A stretch of DNA of 64,000 bases from Candidatus Latescibacterota bacterium (GCA_965222075.1 OZ244937.1:4640001-4704000), one strand, 5' to 3'. Positions 51,601-60,249 are shown, numbered from the stretch's first letter. Numbers and translations are program-made. The notes: a model not told the origin generated them from the letters alone.

Positions 51601-51720
51601 ATCCGTCACCCGACCGGTGAGCTTCCCGGTTGTGCCCGCAAACGTCCCGTCGTACACCGACATGCCCAGCAACAGCGCAAGCACAACCGGCGCAATCCAG
51701 AACAAACGGTATATCTTCAT
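48664..51720 (-). CDS. TonB-dependent receptor with carboxypeptidase-regulatory-like N-terminal domain
   Basis: GTTGKLTGRVTDA..PLPG; plug IRGG...VDG and SAEYGN..SG; NAGVRLD; SPRFGISHP; C-terminal Phe. Confidence 0.9.
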   Translation of the reverse strand: MKIYRLFWIAPVVLALLLGMSVYDGTFAGTTGKLTGRVTDASSGDPLPGVSVVIEGTRRGTVTDGEGYYLILSIDPGMYTLMASLIGYNAVTKTGVRIQADFTTTLNFQLKETAIEAEELVVTAERPPVEPDKTTSHYVMSAEQIGALPMARSVEDLVTLQPGVNLTNAGIIRGGDSREEAFLVDGIRLQNNDVYGRQFRGVNKTAIQEITVISGGASAEYGNLESGAISVVTKDGGKNFRGWADLRYTPPGKRHWGGNIYHSAFHRGKMQWDDSEWRAETVVLDPGEDGVEGTADDQIGLAHREVEYTDAKGSYIEGGLSGPVGDRASFFGTARWTKQPNQLIAADLHTPFDIRGNLKLTFRPAPNLKISVGEVYSVAEGFNRGTNVSRNLSSNGRNVFLPDGSGAGEARITDNITYGLLTHTISPKMFYEVKLARYSTVEDTMNITNKRDQFGFPVPTFAEKDLDAWFNVRPATGVDFTLAERTRLSLKADLSSQVTKGHFVKTGLELIRYDLYYYRYIAPTASSRQVYYVNEPGNLPNVNAPIHPIQMAFYVQDKMEFEGMVLNAGVRLDAFYSNTRFYTLNLLQTPQYRWLNKKQDMPTIDPVWTGVISPRFGISHPITDRSAFHFTAGLYTRMFNLDEVFQERWLASGPDEHEPWDAFNGLRAQNRAMGPWVKFVRTRAYEAGADWNFTADYIVGVAAYFKSQIGHYRGSSFYFYAPEARSTWVWGVRPNSQQDMKGVELHVRKGFSHLFSFNAAINFGWASWQKFGPHGVLNYPDSAYVASDQYHDWEWNGTQYVPKHFTPAEREKMGSTINSWWRSRARGITDFHEFMMLDFLDLQKAFGAPEGFRGAHWATWGARGLNNPKSQDRRTQASLSLYYDSPKDFGPGLRGFHVIGGLRANLVWRIQSGLPVNYTPPGKQVEKRHKPLRTWADLQAEKTLVSSGSRDAIFYVEVTNLFNQRDSVNPGNYPDYVRWGLLLPRPNDVNYETYGNYRELTLYAGRPREVGVGFKVNF

Positions 51721-51751
51721 CGAAGACCTCCTCTATACAAACAGCGGGAAC

Positions 51752-52462
51752 CTATTCCCCGCTAAAGTAAAACTTGATCCCGGCTCCGATATCCAGCAGC
51801 TGCAGGGGAAACGTCTCGCTCAACCCCCAGTCCTCCAGAGGCCGCAACTGACCGATCACAAAATTATAACGACCCCGAAGATCCACCGCCACATTGTCGA
51901 TCACAAACGCCTCCACACCCAACCCAGCGTTAAAACCCAGCGCATAACGCTGGTCTGTAAACGACTCCAGCTCCTGCGTCAACGCATTCTTCTGACCCGG
52001 CCACAACAGACCGCTCACCTGGTTCTTGTACCGGTAAAACCCACCTCCCACCGCAATATAAGGCGTAAAACTGCTTGCCCTGAACGCCTTCCCACGCTGG
52101 CCTACACGCACCAGAGCGTTGACCAGAAAGCTGTTGAAGCTCATGGTGCTGCTGGCGTTGGGACTCACATAATCCTTCCCATCCGTCCACGTAAACGTCC
52201 GCGTCTCCAGACTCCCCTTGTCGAAGTTGGTACGGTGAAACTCCACCTCCACCGTCACGTTCGTCGCAGGAACATAAGACAGGGTCATCCCAAACTTGTT
52301 GGCGTTGTTATACCAGTCTCTAAACCCGAAGGCCGGCACATTGTAATTCGCAAACGCCCCCACCCCCCAGCGCCCCACCACACTCTGCGCACCGGCCGAC
52401 CAGGCGGAGACGATTACAAGCAGGGCCACCAGCCCGACCACCTTCAAGCCCCTCATACACAC
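51752..52462 (-). CDS. Outer-membrane beta-barrel protein
   Basis: Signal peptide; PYIAVGGG, GFNAGLGVE, GIKFYF. Confidence 0.8.
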   Translation of the reverse strand: MCMRGLKVVGLVALLVIVSAWSAGAQSVVGRWGVGAFANYNVPAFGFRDWYNNANKFGMTLSYVPATNVTVEVEFHRTNFDKGSLETRTFTWTDGKDYVSPNASSTMSFNSFLVNALVRVGQRGKAFRASSFTPYIAVGGGFYRYKNQVSGLLWPGQKNALTQELESFTDQRYALGFNAGLGVEAFVIDNVAVDLRGRYNFVIGQLRPLEDWGLSETFPLQLLDIGAGIKFYFSGE

Positions 52463-52645
52463 CTCCTTTCCTTAAACTATACTAAACTTTGGACAATCCC
52501 TGTTGAGAAACAGCTATAAGAAAATGAGCAGGACACGTTAGATTATCCTTCAAATTGGTAACCCTCAAAGAGGAGGATAATCATGTCTGTCTGCGACCTC
52601 TGCGGCGAATTTCTCCAAACAAAACGCAAGAGAACAAAAAAATCC

Positions 52646-52778
52646 TTGACAGAAACTGAATTTCTATGTAGATAACTAATTGAGGCGTGTGCAAGGAGAT
52701 AGCTTATTAATCCCTCTGCACGCTGCTCGGCCCCCGTGGTCCGTGTCGCCAAACACATGGGATCACGGGGATTTTTTT
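52646..52778 (+). ncRNA. Candidate small RNA transcription unit (promoter, two hairpins, U-tract)
   Basis: TTGACA at 52646-52651, 17 nt, TAGATA; stem GTGCA/TGCAC; stem CCCCGTGGTCC/GGATCACGGGG then T7; both flanking genes are on the minus strand. Confidence 0.45.
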
Positions 52779-53004
52779 ATATATATCCTGCTATCAAACG
52801 CTCTCAGACGCTCTAAGAGGCTAAGAAGCTGATTTGGGATCGCGGTGATATGGATAAGCAGGACATGGAATCGCTGCTTACCTACATCGATGTCCTATAC
52901 TCACATCTGGATCGTTTCATTCACCTCCAAAATGATGTCTCTCAGTGAAAGACGCAATAGGGAAATTCCTGATTTTAGACTTCGAAATCTCTGAGCTGTG
53001 CCCG

Positions 53005-53985
53005 TCAACCGTGCGCACCGCACGAATCGCGCACCACAAGCCGGGGTGGAATCTGGACGTCCCGGACGGCGCGCTCCTCCCGCGCCAACCCTTCAAACAT
53101 CAGCCGCACCGCCTCGGTCCCGATCGCCCCGTAGGGCTGGGCCAGCGTTGTAAGAGACGGCAGCAAGATCGCATCGTACCGGTCATCTCCACACCCAACC
53201 ACCGCGATATCCTCCGGAATGCGAATTCCCCACCTCCGGGCCAGTTGATAAAATGAAAAAACCAGGCTTTCACCGGCCAGGAACGCAGCCGTAGGACGGT
53301 CTGGCATCTCGACCCACCGTGCCAGCGCCGCTTCACTGTCGGTCGCAATCCAGCTCCCGTCCGGCTCGATGTCCTGATCCCGAAGCGCCTGCAAATACCC
53401 TTTTCGTTGGTCCACCTGGGTGGCGTTCTCCGGCCTCTCTCCCACAAACCCGATCCGCCGATGCCCGTGTGCAATCAGGTGCGAGGCCGCCTCGTATGCC
53501 CCGCGTACGTAATCCGTGCGCACACAGGGCAGGCCCGGAAAGACGCGATTTACAACCACACACGGCAGATCAAACGCCCGAATCTGATCGGCCCATTGAT
53601 CTTTGTCCGAGCCGGGAATCACAAAAAACGCGCCGTCCACCTGCCCCTTGTCAAACAAAAAAATCAGGTTATCACTCGCTTCTGCATGCACAAGCAGAAG
53701 ACGATACTTCCGGTCCCGGAGCGCCTGATCGATCCCCCACAAAAGCATGGAAGTAAACGTGGACGTAATCTGAGGGGAAACCGAAGGCACAACCACTCCC
53801 ACCACGCCCGTCCGCATCGCCCCCAGGCTCCGGCCCCGCGCATCGGGCCGGTATCTGAGTTGTTTTGCAACCTCCTGCACCCGCCTCCGGGTCCGCTCGC
53901 CAACTGATTTTGTACCGTTTAGCGCATAAGAAACAGTGCTGATGGAAACCCCGGCTTCCCGGGCGATATCTTTAATCCCGGCCAA
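53005..53985 (-). CDS. LacI family transcriptional regulator
   Basis: IKDIAREAGVSISTVSYALN helix-turn-helix; GHRRIGF; IPEDIAVVG.DD; LVVRDSC; probable TTG start at 53985. Confidence 0.9.
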   Translation of the reverse strand: MAGIKDIAREAGVSISTVSYALNGTKSVGERTRRRVQEVAKQLRYRPDARGRSLGAMRTGVVGVVVPSVSPQITSTFTSMLLWGIDQALRDRKYRLLLVHAEASDNLIFLFDKGQVDGAFFVIPGSDKDQWADQIRAFDLPCVVVNRVFPGLPCVRTDYVRGAYEAASHLIAHGHRRIGFVGERPENATQVDQRKGYLQALRDQDIEPDGSWIATDSEAALARWVEMPDRPTAAFLAGESLVFSFYQLARRWGIRIPEDIAVVGCGDDRYDAILLPSLTTLAQPYGAIGTEAVRLMFEGLAREERAVRDVQIPPRLVVRDSCGAHG

Positions 53986-54001
53986 ATTTTGAACCCTGCC
54001 A

Positions 54002-54056
54002 ATCGAAACGTTTCGATGATTTTGCCTAATATAACATGCCAAAAATCCTCTGTCAA
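54002..54056 (-). promoter_or_regulatory. lacI promoter with a LacI-type operator
   Basis: TTGACA (54056-54051), 17 nt, TGnTATATT (54036-54028); perfect 16-bp palindrome ATCGAAACGTTTCGAT at 54002-54017. Confidence 0.75.
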
Positions 54057-54158
54057 GCCATTTTTTCCTCGGTAGGCTGCTCTACACAAATACCCAACGC
54101 CCGAAATAGGGCGCCAGCACGCGGCTACCCACAATCTCCAGCCCCATCAACGCCACAT

Positions 54159-54194
54159 AAAAAGAGGGGCTGCAAACCGCTTACAACCCCTCTC
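54159..54194 (-). terminator. Terminator downstream of ssb
   Basis: Minus strand AGAGGGGTTGTAA-GCGGT-TTGCAGCCCCTCT followed by T-tract. Confidence 0.65.
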
Positions 54195-54247
54195 ATTACC
54201 AGACGGAGATCCCAAAAAACGGCCGGGCGGCCCTCTGCCCTGCCGTT

Positions 54248-54760
54248 TTAAAACGGCAGGTCGTCGTCTGCGCCTTGCGCAGGTGGCGATTCGGACAGCC
54301 CCCCCCCTTCCTGGGTCGAGCCAGCGGTGGAGACACCTGCCTGCGCAGTGCTCTGCGCTGCAGGCAGGCCTGCCCCCGTCGCGTAGGAGGAACCGGCGTC
54401 CATCTCCCCGGCCCCCGCATCCTCCCGCGAATCTAAAATCTGCATATCCCGCGCAACCACCTCGGTGGTGTAGCGCTTGATCCCATCCTGCCCTTCCCAG
54501 GCCCGGGTCTGAAGGCGGCCTTCGATGTAAATCTTGCTTCCCTTGCGGAGGTACTGGTTGCAAATCTCCGCGAGCCGGCCCCAGACCACGATCCGGTGCC
54601 ACTCGGTCCGCTCCTGGCGCTCACCGGAACTGTCCGTCCAGTTCTCGTTGGTGGCCAGGTTGTAATTGGTAACAGCGGTCCCGCCGGGCGTGTACCGAAG
54701 CTCCGGATCTGCCCCGATGTTACCAATGAGAATCACCTTGTTTACCCCTCTGCGTGCCAT
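54248..54760 (-). CDS. ssb: Single-stranded DNA-binding protein
   Basis: [32 protein letters not shown]-terminal DDDLPF. Confidence 0.97.
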   Translation of the reverse strand: MARRGVNKVILIGNIGADPELRYTPGGTAVTNYNLATNENWTDSSGERQERTEWHRIVVWGRLAEICNQYLRKGSKIYIEGRLQTRAWEGQDGIKRYTTEVVARDMQILDSREDAGAGEMDAGSSYATGAGLPAAQSTAQAGVSTAGSTQEGGGLSESPPAQGADDDLPF

Positions 54761-54836
54761 ACGAAACCTCCTTATGAAAGAATACAGACTGGCGTAGGGA
54801 TCATGGCACAATCCTTACCGAATGAACTGTTAAGCG

Positions 54837-54865
54837 AATATAGCCCCGGCCGGGGATTTTGTCAA
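54837..54865 (-). promoter_or_regulatory. Putative ssb promoter
   Basis: TTGACA (54865-54860), 17 nt, TATATT (54842-54837). Confidence 0.6.
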
Positions 54866-54984
54866 GGGGGAAACAATTTGCCTCCAGCCCTTAACACCAC
54901 CCGGTAATGAGGCGTGAAGAGCGAGCAATAAGCGCAACTCTACCTCAAATCCCCCTTGCCTGTTGCATCCCTTGTACAGCCCCT

Positions 54985-55917
54985 TCATAAAAACCCCGGC
55001 ACGCTGAAATACCGCTCGCCCGAATCGCAGATCACCGTCACTACCCGCCTGCCCTCGCCCAGTTCCCGGGCCACCTGCAGCGCCGCCCAGACGTTGGCGC
55101 CTGCCGAGATCCCCACCAGCATCCCCTCTTGCCTGGCCAGCCGTCCGGCCATCTGAAAGGCATCGGCCTCCTCCACGCAGATGACCCGATCGATCACCTC
55201 CCGGTTGAGCACAGAAGGGATAAATCCCGCGCCGATGCCCTGAATATTGTGAAGCCCGGGCCTGCCTCCCGAAAGCACATTTGAGGCCTGGGGCTCCACG
55301 GCCACAACCTGCGCCTCCGGAAGTTGGGCCTTCAGCACCTCGCCCACCCCCGTAATTGTCCCGCCCGTGCCCACACCGGCCACAAAGGCGTCCACCCTTC
55401 CCTCCATCGCGTCCAAAATTTCACGCGCCGTCGTCTTCCGGTGGACCTCCGGATTGGCCGGATTGTCGAACTGTTGGGGCATAAAGGTCGTATCTGGCGA
55501 TTCGGCCACAATCCTGTGGGCCGCGTCTACGGCCCCCTGCATATCCTGCTCCCCCGGGGTCAGCACCACTTCGGCGCCGAAACTCAGCAGGAGGTCCTGC
55601 CGTTCTCGGCTCATGGAATCCGGCATCGTCAGCACCAGCCGGTAGCCCTTTGCAGCGGCAACCAGCGCAAGGCCGATGCCGGTGTTGCCGCTGGTCGGCT
55701 CCACAATGGTCATCCCCGGCCTGAGCCGCCCCTCCTGTTCGGCCGCGTTGATCATCGCGTAGGCAATCCGGTCTTTCACCGAACGCACGGGATTGAGTGA
55801 CTCCAATTTGACGGCCACCTCGGCCATACCGGCCGTCACAACCCGATTCAGCCGAACCATCGGCGTGTTCCCAATCAGATCCAGAATATCGTCCACCACC
55901 ACATTGTCCAGGGCCAT
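54985..55917 (-). CDS. cysK: Cysteine synthase A
   Basis: IGNTP, NP..SVKDR, EPTSGNTG, QQFDNPAN, GVGTGGT, IQGIGAGF, DSGERY. Confidence 0.95.
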   Translation of the reverse strand: MALDNVVVDDILDLIGNTPMVRLNRVVTAGMAEVAVKLESLNPVRSVKDRIAYAMINAAEQEGRLRPGMTIVEPTSGNTGIGLALVAAAKGYRLVLTMPDSMSRERQDLLLSFGAEVVLTPGEQDMQGAVDAAHRIVAESPDTTFMPQQFDNPANPEVHRKTTAREILDAMEGRVDAFVAGVGTGGTITGVGEVLKAQLPEAQVVAVEPQASNVLSGGRPGLHNIQGIGAGFIPSVLNREVIDRVICVEEADAFQMAGRLARQEGMLVGISAGANVWAALQVARELGEGRRVVTVICDSGERYFSVPGFL

Positions 55918-55948
55918 GGATGCGTCCTTTTCTATTAAAATGTATGAC

Positions 55949-55977
55949 TTGACACAATTTACAAATATATTTATATT
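55949..55977 (+). promoter_or_regulatory. Sigma70 promoter pointing towards the DUF3800 3' end
   Basis: TTGACA (55949-55954), 17 nt, TATATT (55972-55977); same form as the ssb and lacI promoters. Confidence 0.7.
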
Positions 55978-55983
55978 TAAAAT

Positions 55984-56053
55984 GAACCACTGAAACCACG
56001 AATGTGCCTAGGTGGTGAATATCGCCCCTGGTTATCTGCCAGGGGCGATTTTT
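55984..56053 (+). ncRNA. Candidate about 70-nt small RNA convergent on the DUF3800 gene
   Basis: Own promoter; ACCAC/GTGGT stem enclosing CAC-GAAT-GTG; 11-bp terminator stem ATCGCCCCTGG/CCAGGGGCGAT with T-tract on the + strand only. Confidence 0.6.
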
Positions 56054-56840
56054 ATTGGGGGTAACACACAACACCAAATTGATCGGACCGAGACGCAAAG
56101 GTATTGAGAATCGGAAACAACATGTTCATCCATGCTATGATTTTAGCAGAGTTGATGGATTCGGGGAACCTCGTGGGAAAAGATAATCTGTCCAGTTTGA
56201 GGAGCTGATAATAATAAGCGACAGTGGCAATCAAATCGCTGGCTTGGATAAAGTACGATTGGTTCGAGTTTTTGGGCAATGGATCTTCAATGAGTTTTGT
56301 GATCTTAGCTTCATAGTAAGTACCAGGTTGCAATAGAGACGGAATGTAGTTTATGCGTCGAACTCTTCTGGCAGTTCGCCTCATTTTACCGACCCTTCCC
56401 TCATCGGTAATGATTAAGAACTTGGACGAAGGATCAATTTTTCCCAGGTCGTTCTCAAGCCTTTGAATCGTGTACTCCATAGCATTATCGAAAATATCGT
56501 AGCCAGGCCCAGAGATCTTATCCTTATTGATTACCACATTCACTGTTTTCACGGTTAAAGTGGCAAGAAACTCGCAGAATTTTTCGATGATTTCTACTCT
56601 GGTTTTATCTTGAAAATCATATCGTTTATATGGAGGTTTGTCGAGTAAGAAGGGTTTGGTGTGCATTTCAAGCCGTATCGGCAAGCCATAAGTTTCTTTC
56701 AACTGTTTTCGGAACTGATACAGGGCGTTGAACGTATCATTCCAGACTTGATAATGGACGTATATGGCGGTCTGAACATAAAGCGGGGAAGATCCAGGAT
56801 ATCCGTCATCACCTGACTCATCAAAATAAGACAAATACAC
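56052..56840 (-). CDS. DUF3800 domain-containing protein
   Basis: N-terminal YFDESGD, central DEG, C-terminal SYFIQASDLIA; AT-rich compared with neighbours. Confidence 0.85.
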   Translation of the reverse strand: MYLSYFDESGDDGYPGSSPLYVQTAIYVHYQVWNDTFNALYQFRKQLKETYGLPIRLEMHTKPFLLDKPPYKRYDFQDKTRVEIIEKFCEFLATLTVKTVNVVINKDKISGPGYDIFDNAMEYTIQRLENDLGKIDPSSKFLIITDEGRVGKMRRTARRVRRINYIPSLLQPGTYYEAKITKLIEDPLPKNSNQSYFIQASDLIATVAYYYQLLKLDRLSFPTRFPESINSAKIIAWMNMLFPILNTFASRSDQFGVVCYPQ

Positions 56841-56933
56841 GGTTCAGCACCCCTCCAATCCGCCGAGAAAGTCTATGAAAAGGGCGGGCCTATGCCTTTC
56901 TCCAAAGTTCCGCCTTCTGGAGGCGGGACGCTC

Positions 56934-57380
56934 TCACCTTTCACTGCTCACCTTCTCAATCGCCATCTTTCCCAGCCGCCGGATATCCTCCGCAATATCG
57001 GGGCTCTCCAGGTCCCTGGCCGTACACCACCTGTAGGCTTCCGCCTCGGTCTCACAAAGCTTCAGCCGACCGCCGGTCACACGGGCAAAATAAATCAGAT
57101 CGATGTGCTGGTGATCGGGTGCAATCTGTTCAAGCAGGATACACTCGGGCCGGGCGAGCACCTCAACATGGCCTATGCTGGACCGGGAAGAGAGGAGCGC
57201 CACCTCCAGACCGGCCTCCTCCCGAACCTCTCGAACCGCCGCATCGCAGGGGAGTTCGTCCTGGTGAATATGCCCCCCCGGAGGAAACCATTGCCGAAGC
57301 TGTTTGTGGTAAAGCAGAAGCGTTCGTCCGCCCAGAACAACAAACGTGGTCGCCGTAAAATCTCGAGTCACGCGAGACAT
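56934..57380 (-). CDS. NUDIX hydrolase
   Basis: PGGHI..DE...AAVREVREEAGL Nudix box; HQHIDLIY. Confidence 0.9.
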   Translation of the reverse strand: MSRVTRDFTATTFVVLGGRTLLLYHKQLRQWFPPGGHIHQDELPCDAAVREVREEAGLEVALLSSRSSIGHVEVLARPECILLEQIAPDHQHIDLIYFARVTGGRLKLCETEAEAYRWCTARDLESPDIAEDIRRLGKMAIEKVSSER

Positions 57381-57468
57381 AAGGTTGTCTACCGTTTCAC
57401 CCGTGCTGAAGAGGAGGGCCTCAATTTGATTACCGACGTGGAAGTCCCCCGGATGTGGGCAGAAGGCG

Positions 57469-57966
57469 TCACCATCCCCCCACCTGCGTCCGATCCAGAA
57501 TATCTCTGGCCAGCATCTCAAACGCCTGGCCCAGCCCTTCCCTGCGGGCCTCCTCGCGCCTCTGTGCAGCGTCGTAGATCCCATAGCCCCGCAGCCTCTT
57601 CTCTTCCCAGAGCGCCTTCTTTTTTTTTGTATCGTAGCAGGTCATATCCAGAAAAACGGAAATCTGATACTGATCCGCCGTCTGTCCGTAGGTAAAGGGC
57701 GCCTCGCGCACCTCCACCACCGTTCCCCTCAGGACAACATCGGCCTGGTCTTCGTCCACCACCCGCAGCGCCCCGTCCGACACAAAGGCCTGAATCAAAG
57801 TGTCGGTCAAACTCTGTTGAATCCCCGGCTCCAGACTCCGGTTATCCAACAGGGGAATCGCCAGCGAGCGGATGCCCGATCCCCCTGTTGCGGATGTCGA
57901 ATAATACGCACAGCCGCAAAAAAAAAGGAACAACAGGCCGAATAAATTCCAGGCGTAACGGCTCAA
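57469..57966 (-). CDS. lptE: LptE-like lipoprotein
   Basis: Lipoprotein signal FCGC; IRSLAIP..DN.S; ADVVLRGTV. Confidence 0.65.
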   Translation of the reverse strand: MSRYAWNLFGLLFLFFCGCAYYSTSATGGSGIRSLAIPLLDNRSLEPGIQQSLTDTLIQAFVSDGALRVVDEDQADVVLRGTVVEVREAPFTYGQTADQYQISVFLDMTCYDTKKKKALWEEKRLRGYGIYDAAQRREEARREGLGQAFEMLARDILDRTQVGGW

Positions 57967-58406
57967 GACGATTCTCCTGCCTCTGAATGCTCTGACTCAG
58001 ACCCCTCTGCTTTTTTACCCTCCGCGTCGGGCGTCTCTGCCTCCGAGGCTTCTGTCCTCTCACCTTCCGGCACCTCTGCCTCCGAACCCTCCGCGTCCTC
58101 CACCTCTTCCGTTTCCGACGCCTTGTCCTTGTTTATTTCGTCCACATAGTTCATCCGCAGTTCGTAGAGGGTGTGCTCCAGCAGTCGGTTCTCATTCTCG
58201 TTCAGATTCCCCCGGGTCTTTTCATCCAGCATCCCCAGGAGATCGATGGCGTTCTTGGCCTGCGCAAGATCCCGCTCGACCTTCTGTGTGATTGGGTTCA
58301 TCACCTTCCCCATATGCTGATAGGCCGCCGACTGGAACATCATCACTATTTGCATAAAAAGGAACTCATTCAACTGCTCCGGATTGACAGATTCCTGCTC
58401 TGCCAT
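57963..58406 (-). CDS. DUF1844 domain protein with acidic tail
   Basis: AKNAIDLLGMLDEKTRGNL...LYELRMNYV. Confidence 0.8.
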   Translation of the reverse strand: MAEQESVNPEQLNEFLFMQIVMMFQSAAYQHMGKVMNPITQKVERDLAQAKNAIDLLGMLDEKTRGNLNENENRLLEHTLYELRMNYVDEINKDKASETEEVEDAEGSEAEVPEGERTEASEAETPDAEGKKAEGSESEHSEAGESS

Positions 58407-58554
58407 AGCGGTTCACCTCCTGGAGAACGTGAAACGTGAAATGTGCCACCCCGCCTTGCCCTATTCTCGGGACCAAGCCGAGGCCCTCTTCAGCCGGGAA
58501 CGATTGAAACCGACCAGGTATCGGAAAAAGGGCAGCGGCCTGCCATCCGCATTC

Positions 58555-59175
58555 TTACCCCTCCAGGGCATCCCTCAACCTCGCCAGTGCCACGTCCGTC
58601 TCCGCGTACCCCCGCACGATCCAGGCCTGTTCGCCGTCCCGCCGCAGCACCAGGCTGGGGAACTGCTTCACCCCCAGGCAGCGACGCAGCGCGAACGCCT
58701 CGTGCAGGTCTGAATCGGTCTCCGGCGAGACGAGGTCCCGCGCAAACCGTTCCCCATCCAGAGCCAGTTCCCCGGCCAGGGCAACCAGCGTCTCTAAATC
58801 CGAAGGGTTCCGGGCCTCCTGGTAGTAGGCCCGCTGAATGGCGTGAAACATCGCGGGAACAGCGTCCGGGTGCTGTGCCTTTGCCGCAAGCACTGCCCTG
58901 CAGGCGGGATAGGTGGACCGGCGGGGCTTGCACACCGTCCAGAAATCCCAGTTGAACCTCGCCCCCGTCGTCTCGGTCACCTCCCGCCAGTTGCGCTGAA
59001 CGTAGGCCTGGACCTCCTCCGGCATCGGCTCGTCCGAATCCTTCGCCAGCCCCCCCATCACATACACCAGGGGCACCTCCCGAGGCAGCGCCTCCGCCAC
59101 CGTCAGCAGCCCCGGCCGGAATCCCCAGCACCAGGAACACATCGGATCGGCCACATAGTACAGCACAGATGACAT
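58555..59175 (-). CDS. DsbA family protein
   Basis: YVADPMCSWCWGF, GGL, STYPACRA, GVKQFPSL. Confidence 0.9.
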   Translation of the reverse strand: MSSVLYYVADPMCSWCWGFRPGLLTVAEALPREVPLVYVMGGLAKDSDEPMPEEVQAYVQRNWREVTETTGARFNWDFWTVCKPRRSTYPACRAVLAAKAQHPDAVPAMFHAIQRAYYQEARNPSDLETLVALAGELALDGERFARDLVSPETDSDLHEAFALRRCLGVKQFPSLVLRRDGEQAWIVRGYAETDVALARLRDALEG

Positions 59176-59387
59176 CGCAACCCTCCCTCCAAACCGGTAT
59201 TGACATATTAAGGGTAAAATAACCCTGTGCATGCCACCTGTCAAGCCCCGGCTGGCCCGAAAAATAATACGGCCCCGGAGGGCGATGCCCCCAGGGACTC
59301 AAAATCCACTTGCATTTAGACGGGCAATATGCATATCTTGGAATGCACACGGGAAACGGCAACCACCGATTGTCCTGAAACTGCTGC

Positions 59388-59487
59388 TTGGAAAATAACC
59401 TTTCGGTAGATACCCGGGTCCAACTGTTCTTTTGCTGATGGCCTTTTTCTTGTTCGCCCAAGAAAAAGGCCCAAAAAGAAGGGCGCC
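59388..59487. repeat. Dispersed hairpin repeat, intact copy
   Basis: 13-bp stem GGCCTTTTTCTTG/CAAGAAAAAGGCC; homologous to 23991-24514 without the MITE. Confidence 0.8.
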
Positions 59488-59772
59488 GCTCAAACGCCGC
59501 GGGGGCTGCTTTTCCGCGAACTGCCCCTGTGGTGTAAGCAGGCGTTTCTGCCCTTCGGACCTTTTGGGCATTTTTGGGCGATGGTGCTGGAGGGATCTGC
59601 GCGGAAAAGCCCCTTCCCCCCGCCCAAAGGCGCGGGCGGCGCAATGCGTGAGGGGGCGTGTACGGATTACAGCACAGGTCTGTCAACGCAATTTTCATCA
59701 TCATGGGTGCCCCAGAGGGTGCCTGACCTCTAAATAGGGCTAAATCAAAAATTCTCATCAAGGAGGCCGCTT

Positions 59773-60237
59773 GTGAAGATTGAAGTCAGTATCAACGGAG
59801 AGCGTCACAGCCACGACGTGGAACCCCGGCTGTTGTTCGTGCACTACCTGCGGGACGTGGTTGGGCTCACCGGCACCCACATTGGCTGTGAGACGAGCAT
59901 CTGCGGTGCTTGCACCGTCATGCTCAACGGGGCTGCCGTGAAATCCTGCACCCTCTTGGCCGTGCAGGCCGACGGGGGCGAGATCACCACCATTGAAGGC
60001 CTGGCGGAAGATGGGGAACTCCACCCCATCCAGGAAGGATTCTGGGAGCGCCACGGCTTGCAGTGCGGATTCTGCACGCCCGGCATGATCATCGCCGTCC
60101 ATCAGCTCCTGCAGCGCAACAAAAGACCGACCGAAGCAGACATCCGCCGCGGCATCGAGGGCAACCTCTGCCGCTGTACCGGTTATCAGCACATCGTGGA
60201 CGCCGTGCAGTACGCAGCGGACAAAATGAACGCATAA
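59773..60237 (+). CDS. coxS: Molybdenum hydroxylase 2Fe-2S small subunit
   Basis: [29 protein letters not shown]. Confidence 0.92.
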   Translation: MKIEVSINGERHSHDVEPRLLFVHYLRDVVGLTGTHIGCETSICGACTVMLNGAAVKSCTLLAVQADGGEITTIEGLAEDGELHPIQEGFWERHGLQCGFCTPGMIIAVHQLLQRNKRPTEADIRRGIEGNLCRCTGYQHIVDAVQYAADKMNA

Positions 60238-60249
60238 AGGAGGTTTGCC

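Noticed and set aside
58490-59761. 423-aa ORF spanning dsbA and the intergenic element
   Set aside because: Out of frame with dsbA and composed largely of repeat-derived sequence
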